From NCBI GenBank assembly GCA_038087875.1, contig CM075996.1:7690001-7754000 (forward strand): a stretch of DNA of 64,000 nt. The letters are read 5' to 3'. Below, one piece after another: positions 12,324-25,624 of the stretch (within the stretch, counting starts at the first letter, position 1; each line of letters starts with the position of its first letter). The stretch comes from Malacoraja senta. Taxonomy: Eukaryota. Made by a program: the position numbers and the translations under genes. The notes beneath the pieces were generated by a model, which had not been told where the DNA came from, searched no databases, and saw only the letters and a program-made list of their open reading frames with translations.

Positions 12324-13365
12324 TAGCAAAGAACGAAAATTAGTGGATTTTAGGAATTCTCTCATATACATTTACTCATTTTTAAAACTTAGAAAAACAA
12401 AACAAAGAAAATAACATATTTCGTAGCTACAGGATGTCCCAAAGAACAACAGCTTTCCTTTTGCAGAGTCTATTGGAACATGAAGGAAGTTCCATTAAAC
12501 ACACAAAAGTACCAGAAACACCAAGATAACCAAACAAAATGTGTTTATGATTTTGAAGTCTGGAATAAATATTGTCCTGGACAATATTTATTTGCATTTC
12601 TTCAAATACATGACATCTTTTAAGCACACCTTTCAAGGCAGGTTGTACCATTATACAACGTTAACCTAAAAGTTAACGTCTCATCTATACTGTACCAAAG
12701 TTTCAGCCTTTATCTTCCGACTTGGAAGCCAGTTCGCCAACACTGAACCGTGATTGCCATTCATAAAATTATTAATTAAAATGTCTCTGAAATATTCATG
12801 CAAACTTTCCAAAGTTCATTCAGCAGGAATTATTTAATGGATCTTGCAGCAAAAATGGACTTGCTCAATCGCTTGTTTCTGCAGAAGTGAAATTGCAGTA
12901 TTCAATATCAGGTCATTTTACAGTAAACGGGATGCAGATCAATTCTGTGCCTTACTGTGAATTGGACAGTCAGATATTCAGAACTTTATAGTCAGTATTT
13001 CACAATCAATTTCCCCTCCCCAGCAAAATGTACTCAATGTTGAATCTGGAGCAGATAGTTCAACCAGGTAATTTGACATTTATGTTGAGCAAGACAAGTG
13101 GAAAGCAACTGGCCCCGATGGAGTCCCCAGCCGCATCCTTAGGACCTGCGTAGAACAGCCAGCAGGAGTTTTCTCAGGCACCTTTCCCCTCCCTAGGTAG
13201 ACAAAAATGCTGGAGAAACTCAGCGTGTGAGGCAGCATCTATGGAACAAAGGAACGTTTCAGGTCGAAACCCTTCTTTAGACCTTTCCTCTCCCTACTCC
13301 ATTTTGAGGTTCTCACCTGCATCAAGACGACTACAATCACCCTGGTACCAAAGAAAAGCAGCCCC

Positions 13366-13565
13366 NNNNNNNNNNNNNNNNNNNNNNNNNNNNNNNNNNN
13401 NNNNNNNNNNNNNNNNNNNNNNNNNNNNNNNNNNNNNNNNNNNNNNNNNNNNNNNNNNNNNNNNNNNNNNNNNNNNNNNNNNNNNNNNNNNNNNNNNNNN
13501 NNNNNNNNNNNNNNNNNNNNNNNNNNNNNNNNNNNNNNNNNNNNNNNNNNNNNNNNNNNNNNNNN
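13366..13565. other. Assembly gap (200 N)
   Basis: Run of exactly 200 N. Confidence 1.
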
Positions 13566-14477
13566 CAGAATGTTCACAATCTTTGCATCTGCCTGGTACA
13601 ATTTTCCACCTGGACCACACTTCGTGCCCACCATCTAGTCATCCCTCTGCATCCTTTGTAGTTGCGTTTCATAAAATAGGCTTAGACAATTGTTTCTTCT
13701 CTGAAATAAATTCCATTGGAAATGGCAACATTAACTCCATCACCCACCAAACTGGTACGGTTAGGTACACCTCTGATAAAGTCAAATGGAGAATCATTCA
13801 GGAACAAAGTACACGGAATTTCAGGATTCTGACCCCATGACAGTAAAAAAAAATAGGTGCCAGACTTTGAGTGGTAGGAATTCAAAGGAATGTAGAAGTA
13901 ACTGCATTTCCCTGGGTATTATGGTTTTATCCTTATGGCTCATAGAAGATAGGTTTGGGGGGGTTACTATTAAACCCTTGGATACCTGTGCATCATTAAC
14001 ACAAGAGCTGGAATTCTGTTGAAACCCTAAGCCCATGTAGTATCAAATACTTTCAGCAGTTTCTTGATATCACACGGACTGAATCAAAGTGACTGAAGAT
14101 TAGAATGCAAGATTAGATCCTTGGGGACCCAAGGACTAATAAATCATACATTCTGTACTTTGGCAGAAGAAAGCTGGGAACTCTTCAGCCTTAATTTTGA
14201 GTAATCATACCAGCCTTCTTCACCATACAATGCAAGTATTCTTGAAGACACATCCTCTCACAAATGGTTTAATTGTCCATCCATAACCTTCATGGTTGTA
14301 ACAGGTGTGAAAAACTCTGCTTTGAGGTACTGGTAATAGGGTTACTTTGGTCTAACGATGCTGCTTTTGCTATTTAGCATGCATGCACACTGTTATTAGA
14401 TAAACAGTAAGCAGTGGAAAAGATTTAAGAATTTTCTCAAAGTCTACTCAAAATACATACAACCCTCCTCTGAGAAC

Positions 14478-15120
14478 CCTGGGTCGGAATGGGAGGGGGA
14501 GTTGAAGTGCTGATCCACCGGGAGATCAGGTTGGTTATTGCAAACTGAGGGGAGGTGTTGGGCGAAGCGATCGCCAAGCCTACGCTTGGTCTCACCGATG
14601 TAGAGCAGCTGACATCTAGAGCAGCGGATGCAAAGATGAGGTTGGAGGAGGTGCAGGAGGACCAAGCGTAGGCTTGGCGATCGCTTCGCCCAACACCTCC
14701 GCGCGGTTCGCAATAACCAACCTGATCTCCCGGTGGCTCAGCACTTCAACTCCCCCTCTCATTCCGAATCCGACCTTTCTGTCCTAGGCCTCCTCCATGG
14801 CCAGATGAGGCCCACCGTAAATTGGAGAAGCAGCACCTCGTATTTCGCTTGGGTAGTTTACACCCCAGCGGTATGAACATTGACTTCTCCAATTTTAGGT
14901 AGTCCTTGCTTTCTCCTTCATTCCCCTCCCCTTCCCAGCTCTCCCACAGTCGCCACCTCTTCCTTTTTTCTTCCCGACCCCCCCTCCCACATCAGTCTGA
15001 AGGGTCTCAACCCGAAAACGTTGCCTATTTCCTTCGCTCCATAGATGCTGCGTCACCCGCTGAGTTTCTCCAGCATTGTCTACCTTCGATTTTCCAGCAT
15101 CTGCAGTTCCTTCTTAAACA
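14478..15120 (+). mobile_element. Penelope-like element fragment with an inverted 5' part
   Basis: 14478-14660 encodes CIRCSRCQLLYIGETKRRLGDRFAQH (GIY-YIG) on minus; 14661-15120 carries the same region and the 3' terminus on plus. Confidence 0.85.
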
Positions 15121-16440
15121 TCCAAACTATCCAAGTTCTGTCAAACATCCCCTGAGGCAAGTACTTATCTATATTAAAAAATTAAATGTCGCGATAACTG
15201 CCATGGCATCGATGAAAATGGTAGCATTGAAGGTAAATGAGATTAGTACTTGATGAACAGTGCAGACGGGTAGACTAGAAGCCCACTTCTGTGCTGGAAG
15301 ACCCTAATATGAGGTTGTCCTTTATCATAGGAGCTCATCACTTAAAATTGGAATTGTTAGGGACTCAGAAAGGAAAAAAAATATTATCTTTAATGGTAGA
15401 ACAGCGTTAAAAAAAATTCAAAGTGAATTATAACTAATGGGTTGGGTCATGTGGACAAATATATTACTCACAGCAAGCACAAAACTTTATCATCAAATCA
15501 TACTTCAGTCACACCTATTCACCAATAGAATAAACATTTACGTGTCAACCACATGGTCATTAAACATTTGAATATTTGCTGCTCTCTCATTATCTATTCT
15601 CTTGCTTCCTAGTTGGTCCATTACAAAGGCGAAGGCTCCACCACACCCAAAATCCTGAATACAACCCGATGAGATCATCCCTATCCACCAGTGTTTTTGG
15701 TTAGCACATATTGGAGATGCTGATATAAGGAATAGTATACGTTACAAAAAGATCAATAGACCAGAGAGCATACTTGGTAAAAACAGAATATAAGTTTCAT
15801 ACACGGAACCTGCAACCCACGATTTCTATTGAAAGGCTTGTATCTGAAACTTCACTGCTATCTACCCCACTTTTTGCTTGTTTTTAACTTCTTGGTCACT
15901 TGTTTTAAAGTTAAAAGCATTAAAAGTGACAAATTACTGAAGCAATGTTTAAGAAAGAACTGCAGATGCTGGAAAAAATCGAAGGTAGACAAAAATGCTA
16001 GGGAAACTCAGCAGGTGAGGTAAAGTTCACCACAGAATCTCACAATATGCAATTCTGTAATGAATTTTAATTCCTGGGAGCAGATAGCAGTTTTAGCTAC
16101 ATTACTCAATTGCACCCCAGAGGACAACTAAAACTAATCTCCCTTTTAAAATGTTATCTACACCTTACCCCTGCTATACCTTCACTGTTCTACATTTTCT
16201 CCAATTTTATCCAAATCTCTTTTGAAAAGCACTACCAAATCTGTTTCCACCACTTTGAGATATTGTTTTTTTTGCATTCTAATAACCAACCCTGTTAAAA
16301 AAAACATTATCTTTTATAAATTATATTAAAATCAATGTCCTAGCTAGTAACTCCTGCCTAAGAAAACCATTACATCACACTGCACAATCAAAACCCCCTG
16401 TATTTTTGCACATTTCCATTTGATCTTTAGTTCCTAATAA

Positions 16441-16624
16441 GAACATATTAAAACAGCATTAATTTTAGGAGGTAACACATCAATCAAATATTAGCTACTG
16501 AAAACCACCAGGCAAAACCCTTATCTTGCAACATTCTTCTGTGTACAGTATCCAAAATGATTTATATGTGGGGTGGCAACTCATGCCGCTTTTTCCCTTT
16601 TATACATCTTCAACAACCTCCTCA
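16441..16624 (-). pseudogene. Degenerate tandem duplicate (pseudoexon) of the 3' part of MYH9 exon 3 plus adjoining intron
   Basis: 16525-16623 aligns to 17203-17299 with an exact 23-nt block atgtggggtggcaactcatgccg. Reads [21 protein letters not shown]; donor GT changed to AT; two 1-nt insertions. Confidence 0.9.
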
Positions 16625-16945
16625 ATAATGAAGCATGAGATAGAGCAAGTTGATCCAAGTCACTTCCCTCAGGTTTGCAATAATTCAGTACAAAACATGA
16701 CAATACTTCAATGCACTAGGAACAAAATTAGACAGTTTTGCCACATATTCATCCATAAAACATGAAAGATGTGTAAATAAGCTAACTTCATTTCCAATTC
16801 CTGCCTTTATCCAGAAATTCATGCTGGAAACTTGCACGTGAAAGAATTGATGGGCAAGATAAGGCAAAGATAATTTCTGCAAGTTGAGGGTCTGAACTGT
16901 CTTTCCTTACTCCAATTAACCTTCAAATACAAATTATGATGCTCA

Positions 16946-17359
<414 letters not shown>

Positions 17360-17727
17360 CTAAAAAAAATAGAATGTTATACAAGTTTGCAAAAGAAGAA
17401 ATAGCATTTTAATCCAGATTACACATGAGCAAAAACAAATCAAGTAATAACAGCAAGATTAATAGCTAGAAAAATGACTTGAGGTGGGTTCAACTGATGG
17501 CAAACATTCCGTGCTGATTACCACACAGTGATCACTGATGCAAATTCACAAATGATTTACAAAAGCAAGATTGAGGACAGTTATTGCTTCACAATAGCTC
17601 AAAGATTCAAACTTAAAAGGTGAGAAGGGGAAAACACAAAAATATTTAAATTGATTTAATTTTGAATTTACTTTTCCGTGCACAAAGTAAAATTGCAACC
17701 TGGAAAATGAAAGCAAAATAGAACATG

Positions 17728-18327
17728 AGTGGCACAGAGGCGCAGCAGGTAAAGATGCTGTCTAAAACGTTCAATTCCGACCTCGGGTGCTGTCCGTGTG
17801 GCGTTTGCACATTCTCCCTGGGGGGTTCCTCCAGGTGCTCCGGTTTCCTCCCAAAAAACGTGCAAGTTTTTAGGCTAATTGGCATCCGTAAAATTGCCCC
17901 TTCAGTGTAGAGAGTGGATGTGAAAGTGGGGTAACAGAGAACTATGGGTGATTGATGGTTGGTGTGGACTCGATGGGCCAAAGGGCCCATTGCCATGCTG
18001 AAATGCAGGATGGCACAGTGGTGCGGCTAGTAGAGCTGCTGCTTTATAGTGCCAGAAAGCCAGGCTTGACCTTGACATCTGGTGTTGCCTGTGTGGAGCT
18101 TGCACATCCTCCCCATGACCTTGTGGATTGCTCTGGATGCTCCAGTTTCTATTGACATTCCAAAGACGTGGTGGTTTGTAGGTTAGCCTCTGTAAATTGC
18201 CCCTAGCGTGTAGGGAGTGGATGCCAAAGTGGGATAACATAGAACCAGTGTGAACAGGTGATGAATGGTCGGCATGGACCTGGCAGGCCTGTTTCCATGC
18301 TGTATTTCTTTTAAAACTGAACTAAAC
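17728..18327 (+). mobile_element. Two tandem V-SINE/HE1-like SINEs (~17728-18000 and ~18009-18327)
   Basis: Two successive tRNA-like heads (tggcacag...) each followed by the conserved core. Confidence 0.75.
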
Positions 18328-21117
18328 AAAAATATTTTTTTAACCCATAATATCAACTGTTTCTCTTTCCACAGAAGCTGCCATCCCTGTTGTTTCCAAA
18401 ACAGAAGATGGTGAAAAGAGCATGTCAAGCAACATCTGTGGAAAGAGGAACAGTTAATGTTCCAGGTTAAAAATCTATTTTTGTTCTTCTATTAAACTTT
18501 CATTTTCCAGATTAAAATTTTACTAAAAAATGCAGTATAGGTTACATTGTATAGTCAAAGTAATACAAGATGATTATAACATATGTTAGTGGAGACAGAA
18601 TCGGGCCCAATTGCATTGACCACCACTCCTCATTGTCTTGCTACAAAGTAATTTGATGCAAGATCTTTGCCCATACATATCAAGTATTTGTTTGAAGCTG
18701 CAATATGTATCGTTATAGACTTGAAACATTAACTTTCATTCTTCACCGATGCTACCCAACTTGCTGCGTATTCCCCGCATTTTCTATTTTTAATTTCAAA
18801 TTAAAGTAAAACTCTTTTCATCTAACATCCGATTGTTCAGAAATCCTGATGGCTGGCATCTGGCTCGGTCATTAGTCCAAAACGTGAGAGCTTGGGGTCC
18901 TGAGTGCATGCGGGAGCCAGGATTCGAAGTGCAGGAGGGGCTAGGGTCTGGACAACAGGCCAGGTATGCTGCTGAGGCAGGGGTTGTAATCCACAACACC
19001 CGGGGTTGGGGTCTATGGCCAGAATCAGTATAAAAAATGCTTGAATGTTACTACATCCTTGGGATCACTGCAAAATTTATTATAATTCTGTGTAACATGC
19101 GAAAATAAAAGCAAAATAAAGTGCTTTGGACATTAACAGGAGTAACATCCACTCATACGGAAAATCTGTAAATTCAGCACATAAGCTCTAGAGGCCAGAT
19201 TAACAGTTTACTGCATCAGCATCTCCAATTTTTTTGCTTTGATAACTTTGAATAGATTTTGGAGGAAAATTATGTCTGTGCTTAAGATTTTACCACAAAA
19301 CAAGGGAAAAATAAACAGTCGTGTTCCTCTACTGTGCAAATATACTTCCAGGATTCTTGTTCAACTTCAAGTTTCTTCTTGTTGGTGTAAATTCCTGCAG
19401 CCAGTTAACTTACAACAACTCACTCTCAGATCAAGACTCAACACGTGCTTAAATGCTTCCATGACTGTGGTAAACATTTGTATCATAGTGCAATAGTCCT
19501 GGAATCAAAATACACGTATTCAGGTAGCTAATATCAAAGACCCACACCACCCTGGCCACGCTTTCATCTCACTGCTACCGCCAGGAAAGTATAGAATCCT
19601 GAGAACAGTGACCTTCAATTCAAGAACAGCTTCTTTCCATCAGACTCTTGAGCTATACCACACAACCTTAGCCGCAACTGCAAGTCAGCAACAGACTATT
19701 ATGGACTTTGTATAGGTTGTAATATGTATTATGATTTGGTTACCTTGTATTACTGATAATTTATGGTATGATTGGCTATTGGTACATTTATTTATTGTGT
19801 CATATGTTAATGTGCCTGCAAAAGCTGCAACAAGAATGTCATTGTTAACAATTAAACACTCTTGGCACACCGCCTTGACATTCATGAATACATTTCAAAA
19901 TGCCAGTTTTATCACAAAACTATCACCTCAAATTCAAAACAAGCTGCGTTTCATAAGAACATATCACTGGATCTAGAAGCAAAGAAGGGCTATTTGGCTC
20001 CTCATGCTTTTCACCCTTCAATAAGATTATGACTGACTTCTTACTCAACAGCCCTTTCCTGCACTAAACCCATCCTCAATTCTTAACGTCCAAAAGTCTA
20101 TCGAACTCGCTCTTGAATGTACTAATTGTCGTTGTAACCACTTCATGTTTAATATAAGGCAAAAGAACAAAAAGACCCCTCCCCTCCAAATTCACACACT
20201 TAACACTCACCAAGCCTCATTGATACACAACTAATTTTTTTAATTGCCATTAGGAATGTTTGTGACTATAATTGAAGAACCTCCCAACTCAGAGGAACTG
20301 GAGATTTAATCAACTGAACTTGCTAGATTGCAATGTACAAATGAAGTCCAAATAAATAATTAAGGATGCATGCTTGCCAAACTTAATCCACAACTATTTT
20401 TGGGGGAAATGTAACACAGCATTTTAATTTCCTTGGCTTCCTGTTATTGGAAATTATTACCCTGCCCTATTGCCAAGTGAAGATACAGAAAGCTCCACAA
20501 AGATAAGTATATTCTTAATTATCCAGATTTTCCCTCTTCCTGCAGATAATTATTCTTCCTTGGGTAGTGTTCCACTTAATACCACCAGCCTTATGTTGTC
20601 TAATTAATAGTTTTTATATGTAAGTTTGGACAGATACATTTTCCCACCACTGTCTGCTGGATTTTGATTCCATCCCCAACCTCCTCACCACCCTTCAAAT
20701 TGCTCCAGTTTCACTCAATTAAAAAGTGGAACTGGAATACAGTCTACACCTTCAAAGGACAATATTAGATTGAACCCATTTTCACGTCAATATCACATAT
20801 CCCTTAAGATACTGAAATGAACCCAAATACTCAAAGAATGAAATAGGTGGGAAATCCTCCTTTATCTTAGACACTCATGGAATCCACATGGAAACCACAT
20901 GCCTGACGGGGTGAATGTTTACTCTTCCATGGATAGAGAAGGTGGCACATGGGGCAAGTGAGCTCAGAACACAGTGTCCATTTCAAGACTCCAACATAGT
21001 TGCTGGTGTTACTAGAATCTAGTGTAACTCGAGGCTTCCTTACAGAACACTGTATTGAAGAATATATATAGCTACAATGTCAATAGGACATTGAAATCTT
21101 ATGGCGTTTATAATTTA

Positions 21118-21240
21118 CTAGACGACCCGTTGGGTCCCCGTTGTGATGCCAGAGATCCCCGCTGTGACGCCAGTCAAAATGGCGATCTGAAAATGGTGGT
21201 GGGCCCGGCAACCTCCCCCCCCCCCCCCCCACCCCAACTA
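21118..21240 (-). mobile_element. Helitron 3'-end fragment
   Basis: Minus strand reads gggacccaacgggtc-gtCTAG|T, the same terminal hairpin as the 22588-23579 element. Right boundary uncertain. Confidence 0.55.
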
Positions 21241-22587
21241 CGCAGGCACTTATCCCATTTTATTTGCTTGACTCTTCCATCAACTTCCCATATATTTTAT
21301 CACTCGCCTACACATCAGGGGAAATAGTGACATATTAGCCTCCCAACCCACACATCATTCGGATGTTGGATCAAACCCGAGCACCAGAGGAGATCAATGT
21401 GGTCATAGGGAAAACATGGAAACTACATATAGACAGCCTTGGGAATCAGGTTTGAACTCGCATCGCTGAAGGTGCGAGGCAGTAACTCTATTAGCTGTAA
21501 GACTGCATAGCAAAAAACACACACACACAAAAGTGCTAAACATGTAGAGCTTACTCCTACATAATGATAGCACAGACAACAATTTTAAAAGCAGGCTTTT
21601 TGCCAGTCCAGGATATAGAACTAAACAAGATTGTTTGAGTAGGTATAGACACAAAGTACAATTTTACTGAATGGCAGAACTAATTTAAGCGTTGAAAGAT
21701 CTGCACCTTCGCATGATGTTGCAAACATTATTTTTCAAGTATACCCAAGAGATTAAATGTGTGACCAAATGGGACTCATGATCCAGGGATACATGACAGG
21801 GACAATTAAATATGCGTTGCTAACACATAGCTACTATTCATTCATATGTAAAATAGTAATGTTTCTAGTTTTGATGCTTTCACATGGCAGAGAACTCAGA
21901 CACAATGTCAAGAGTTCCTTAATCTAGTGTAAGAGTCATTGATACTAGGGGCCTTTTAAGCTTCTAAAAACAAACGATCCATTTCTTTAAAATTATGAAG
22001 AGATTAATTCTACCCAGGTGCTCACCTTGTTTTCATCAGATAGACAGACGATCATAAGACTCATCCATCCGTTTATGAAAGCTCCGAGTTAGCTGCTAGA
22101 AAGTGCTTGCTTTTAAGAGTCAATCTCGTCTGTACATCGTGCGAAGGAGCAGACCTTTCTGCGCTTAAATTTGTTCTGCCATTTAGTAAAATTGGCAGCA
22201 TGTGTGACATGTGTGGATTTGATGTGGCCTTACAATAGGCAGCTTGAGAAATTACAGACAGTGAATGAAATCTTGCATTCCGCAAGGAAGATGCTTTAAA
22301 TGGAAACTAGAGAAATAAATCAACATGGAATTACTTTGATTGTCTTCAGCAATTAGAAGTTTGTTTAATTTTATGAGAAAAATTAAAAAAAAAAAATTTT
22401 TAATTTGCCTTTGTAAATAGAGTGACTATAATGAGTTTGCTCATATGCACATATCCCCTTGTGCAAATGAAACAGTTGCGGATCAATAGATTTTTATTCC
22501 CCATTTTGAATATTCAAAGCAGATATTTGAAATTTAGATTTTAAAATAATGTATTCAGTCAATCACAACAAATAGCAAGAAAAAGTA

Positions 22588-23579
22588 TCTACACGTAACT
22601 AAAACTCTGACCTTGTTATCTACCAGTTTGTGCGGTCTTTCTATTTGCGCAAAAACGGTTCGCGATAGCGCTACGATTTTTCGCCAGGTCACTCACCGTT
22701 CTCCTATGCTGCGATTGCACCGTTTCGTTCCAACCGGTTGAATGTCGTAAAAGTTAGCGAGGTTTAAAAAATCGTAAAAAAGCGCGTGAGCAGATCGATC
22801 TCTTCTCCTGCCGTTCAGCGCCATGCGGATTAGTCTCTTCTCCTGTCACTCACCGGGACGATCTGCCCCTTCCTGCTCCATCACGTCTTTACTGGAGCTG
22901 AGGATGGCCGGCGGAGGTTTCCAACCAGACACAATTTTCGGAGGGACCCGAAGCAGCTCAGCCCCAAGCAGCCCAGCGTCGGAGACTCGACCTAGCCCAG
23001 CACCAGAGACCCAGCCCAGCCCAGCGTTGGAGACCCAGCCCAGCCCAGAGATGTCGCCAAACAGAAAGCGAAGACTTTGATCACAGCAGAGGAGAACGAC
23101 CAGCGCCCGCTGTGAGTCCCCATCGCACCGCCAATTCCAGCCACTACCCCTCTGGTCCCCCTCACTGGCTCCTCCCCCATGATATCCCCCTCTAGCCCAT
23201 GGCTCTTCCCCCATCTTTTCTCCAAGCACACTGCCCCCCCTCCCCACCACCCACACACCCCTCTCCCCCAACTCCCCCCCCACCCACACACCCCTCTCCC
23301 CCCCCACCCACACACCCCTCTCCCCCCACAACTCCCCCGTCCACACTCCCCCTCCCATCCCACACATGAAGAGGAGGGGGAGGGAGTGCTCGGGGATGAG
23401 GGGAAATGAGCCGAGCCTGCGCAGTTAGGGGCTATGGGTGAGTGGTGGAATATTGCGTTGGGGAAACGGTTTGCGTTGGGGGAACGGGTGAGTGGTGGAA
23501 TATTACATTGGGGAATGGGTTGCCTTGGGGGACCAGGCCTCCCGTGTGACTGGGACCCAACGGGTCCCACTTAGTCTAG
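22588..23579 (+). mobile_element. Non-autonomous Helitron
   Basis: A|TC 5' end (22588), subterminal hairpin gggaccc-aac-gggtccc, 3' end CTAG|T (23576-23579), no TSD; internal low-complexity C-rich tandem repeats. Confidence 0.85.
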
Positions 23580-23606
23580 TTAATAACAACATTTAAAAAA
23601 ACTTAC

Positions 23607-23939
23607 ATAGATTAGTCCTGAGTAGTAACGCTCTTTCAAATTATGGAGTACAGAAGCTTCATTCAGGCAAGTCAGCTCTGCCATATCTTCCACTTTGGAA
23701 AACTTGGGTGGGTTCATCTTCTGGATGTCATCCTTGTTGAATTTAACTTTCTTGCCATTCTCCACCAACTCAACTACCGCCTCTTCACCAATCTCCTCCT
23801 TGAGGCTGGCAGCCTCAAAGCCACTACGCTCTGAGGGCACCCACACCAGTCTTTTTGCCGCCCAGTCAGCCTGTGTCAGTGGATTATTGAGGAGATTTTT
23901 GTCCACATAGAGATACCGTTCTGCATCCCGTTGAGTCAT
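23607..23939 (-). CDS. MYH9: Non-muscle myosin heavy chain IIA, first coding exon (exon 2; 333 nt coding, 111 codons; exon spans 23607-23958 including 19 nt of 5'UTR)
   Basis: Translation [111 protein letters not shown] closely matches the vertebrate MYH9 N-terminus as I recall it ([25 protein letters not shown]). Acceptor ttgcAG at 23959-23960 and donor GTAAGT at 23601-23606 on the minus strand. Confidence 0.95.
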
Positions 23940-25485
23940 TTTGCCTTCTGTTGGAGACCTGCAATTAAAACAAAGAAAGAGGTAACTATTGAGATTCAGA
24001 ATTCAGTCAACGCTTCATGAAAAAGACAATAAAGAAAATGCCTTGCCCCAAATTGATTTATATTTAGCTATGCACACTGTCAGTAAACTGCAAAACGAAG
24101 TTATGCTAGATATTTCCAACATTGCGATTCTCACCTCACGCATGCATAAATGCAAACTGGTTTAGAAATCTTAACAGCACTTTAGAAATTACAATTTTCA
24201 TCATTACATCACAAATAGTAGCACAGTCCATCAAATAACAGGACAAAATTAGAATAAAATATCATTCTCAAAATTAACAAAAGTATGAATACAAAAGCCT
24301 ACTTCTCTGTCGGTCATAAACTATGATTAGATTTTAGTTTATAAAGCAGATGCTTTGAAGTGTCTCTGAACCTCCCACCCTTTCAACCCCAGAGAATTAG
24401 ACAACTTGAAAATCAGCCTTTGTATCATCTCATCCAAAATATGGTCTGTGACAAGCACCATTCATGATTCGATCTAGATAATATGCTATACAATCTAGAT
24501 TAGTTGTTTAAAAATAGGCTTTAACACACATAACAGGAGTAACAACACTTGAGCTGATTGAAAATGTCTGGTGCATTATTCTCATGCAGAAGTCGACATT
24601 CATTCAACTTCGTAACAATACAAGAAATTCAAGCTCTGATGGATTACAGTGCTTTTGTGACCTTGGCAGAGCAAAAAAATGTTGGCTTCTTCAGAAAAAA
24701 ATCTGTTCATATGGTGTACATGAAAATTAAGTATTTTGAGACCTTTGTGAGATCTTGTTGAAACTGCAAACACCGATCAACTTTGTTATAAAAGAGCTAC
24801 TGTTTTTCCAAATCAAATTAGCTTAAAATGAAGACCAGAATAGTAAAAAGGACAGCAACAAAAATTCAACTTAATCTGGCTGGAGTAATGTAAAATCGGA
24901 ATTTAGATTATATTTAACTATCATACTAATTAATTCTTCACTCGGCAGATGTAAAAATGTGTTTTACTGTTAAGCTTGGTCTACATTGTTTTAAAAATAT
25001 ACATGCATGGTGGTATGCAAATTTGAGGATTTTGTGCAAATCTAAGTTTTAATGTAGAATAGGAAACAAAAGTAAAATGGATTGCTAATTTTAAAATAGA
25101 AAAATTAAGATCTTTGTCACCTAAACGGCATCATTATTTACAAAATTCTAATCTTACAACTGACATATAAATATCACACAAAATTTGTAAAAAAGGAAAA
25201 TTATGTTTCCTCGTGCTAATAACATGCTAATGGGGTCTGAATGAATCACAAGTGCTTCCGATACATATAAAATTTCAAAGAAAACAGCAAAAAGCACTTC
25301 CTATCATTTATGTTCAACTTTTTTCAACCTTTCTTTTGAAAGCTTGATTCTTTCAAATATAGTTCCAAAAACGATAGCTTTTATATTTCAACCAATTGGA
25401 CATTTCCTAACCAAAATTGGCCAAACCCAATCATTATCTTGCCCAATTCACATACTTCCAACAGGAACTGCACAGCTGAAAGGAA

Positions 25486-25624
25486 GGGGTGGAAGATTGC
25501 AACCTTCACGTGGTCCGCCCTGTTTCGACTAATGCAATCAACTCGACGTGCACAAACAGAAGATCAAATAGAACAAGTTGTCCAACAACTTTAGGCTGTG
25601 CACACCACACGAAAGAAGAAGAAG
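25486..25624 (+). mobile_element. ~140-bp SINE-like element with (AAG)n tail; second copy at 49115-49251
   Basis: TSD agctgaaaggaa at 25474-25485 and 25623-25634; colinear with 49115-49251 over its full length. Confidence 0.8.

Noticed and set aside
13239..13840. ORFs spanning the N run
   Set aside because: Artefacts of translating through the assembly gap.
1..16400. Search for the next MYH9 exons (short DREDQSILC exon and GESGAGKT P-loop exon)
   Set aside because: No convincing match found by eye; they probably lie left of the window, although a very short exon could be missed or fall in the gap.
22823..23570. Long GC-rich ORFs (173-192 aa) next to MYH9 exon 2
   Set aside because: Low-complexity Helitron interior, not exons.
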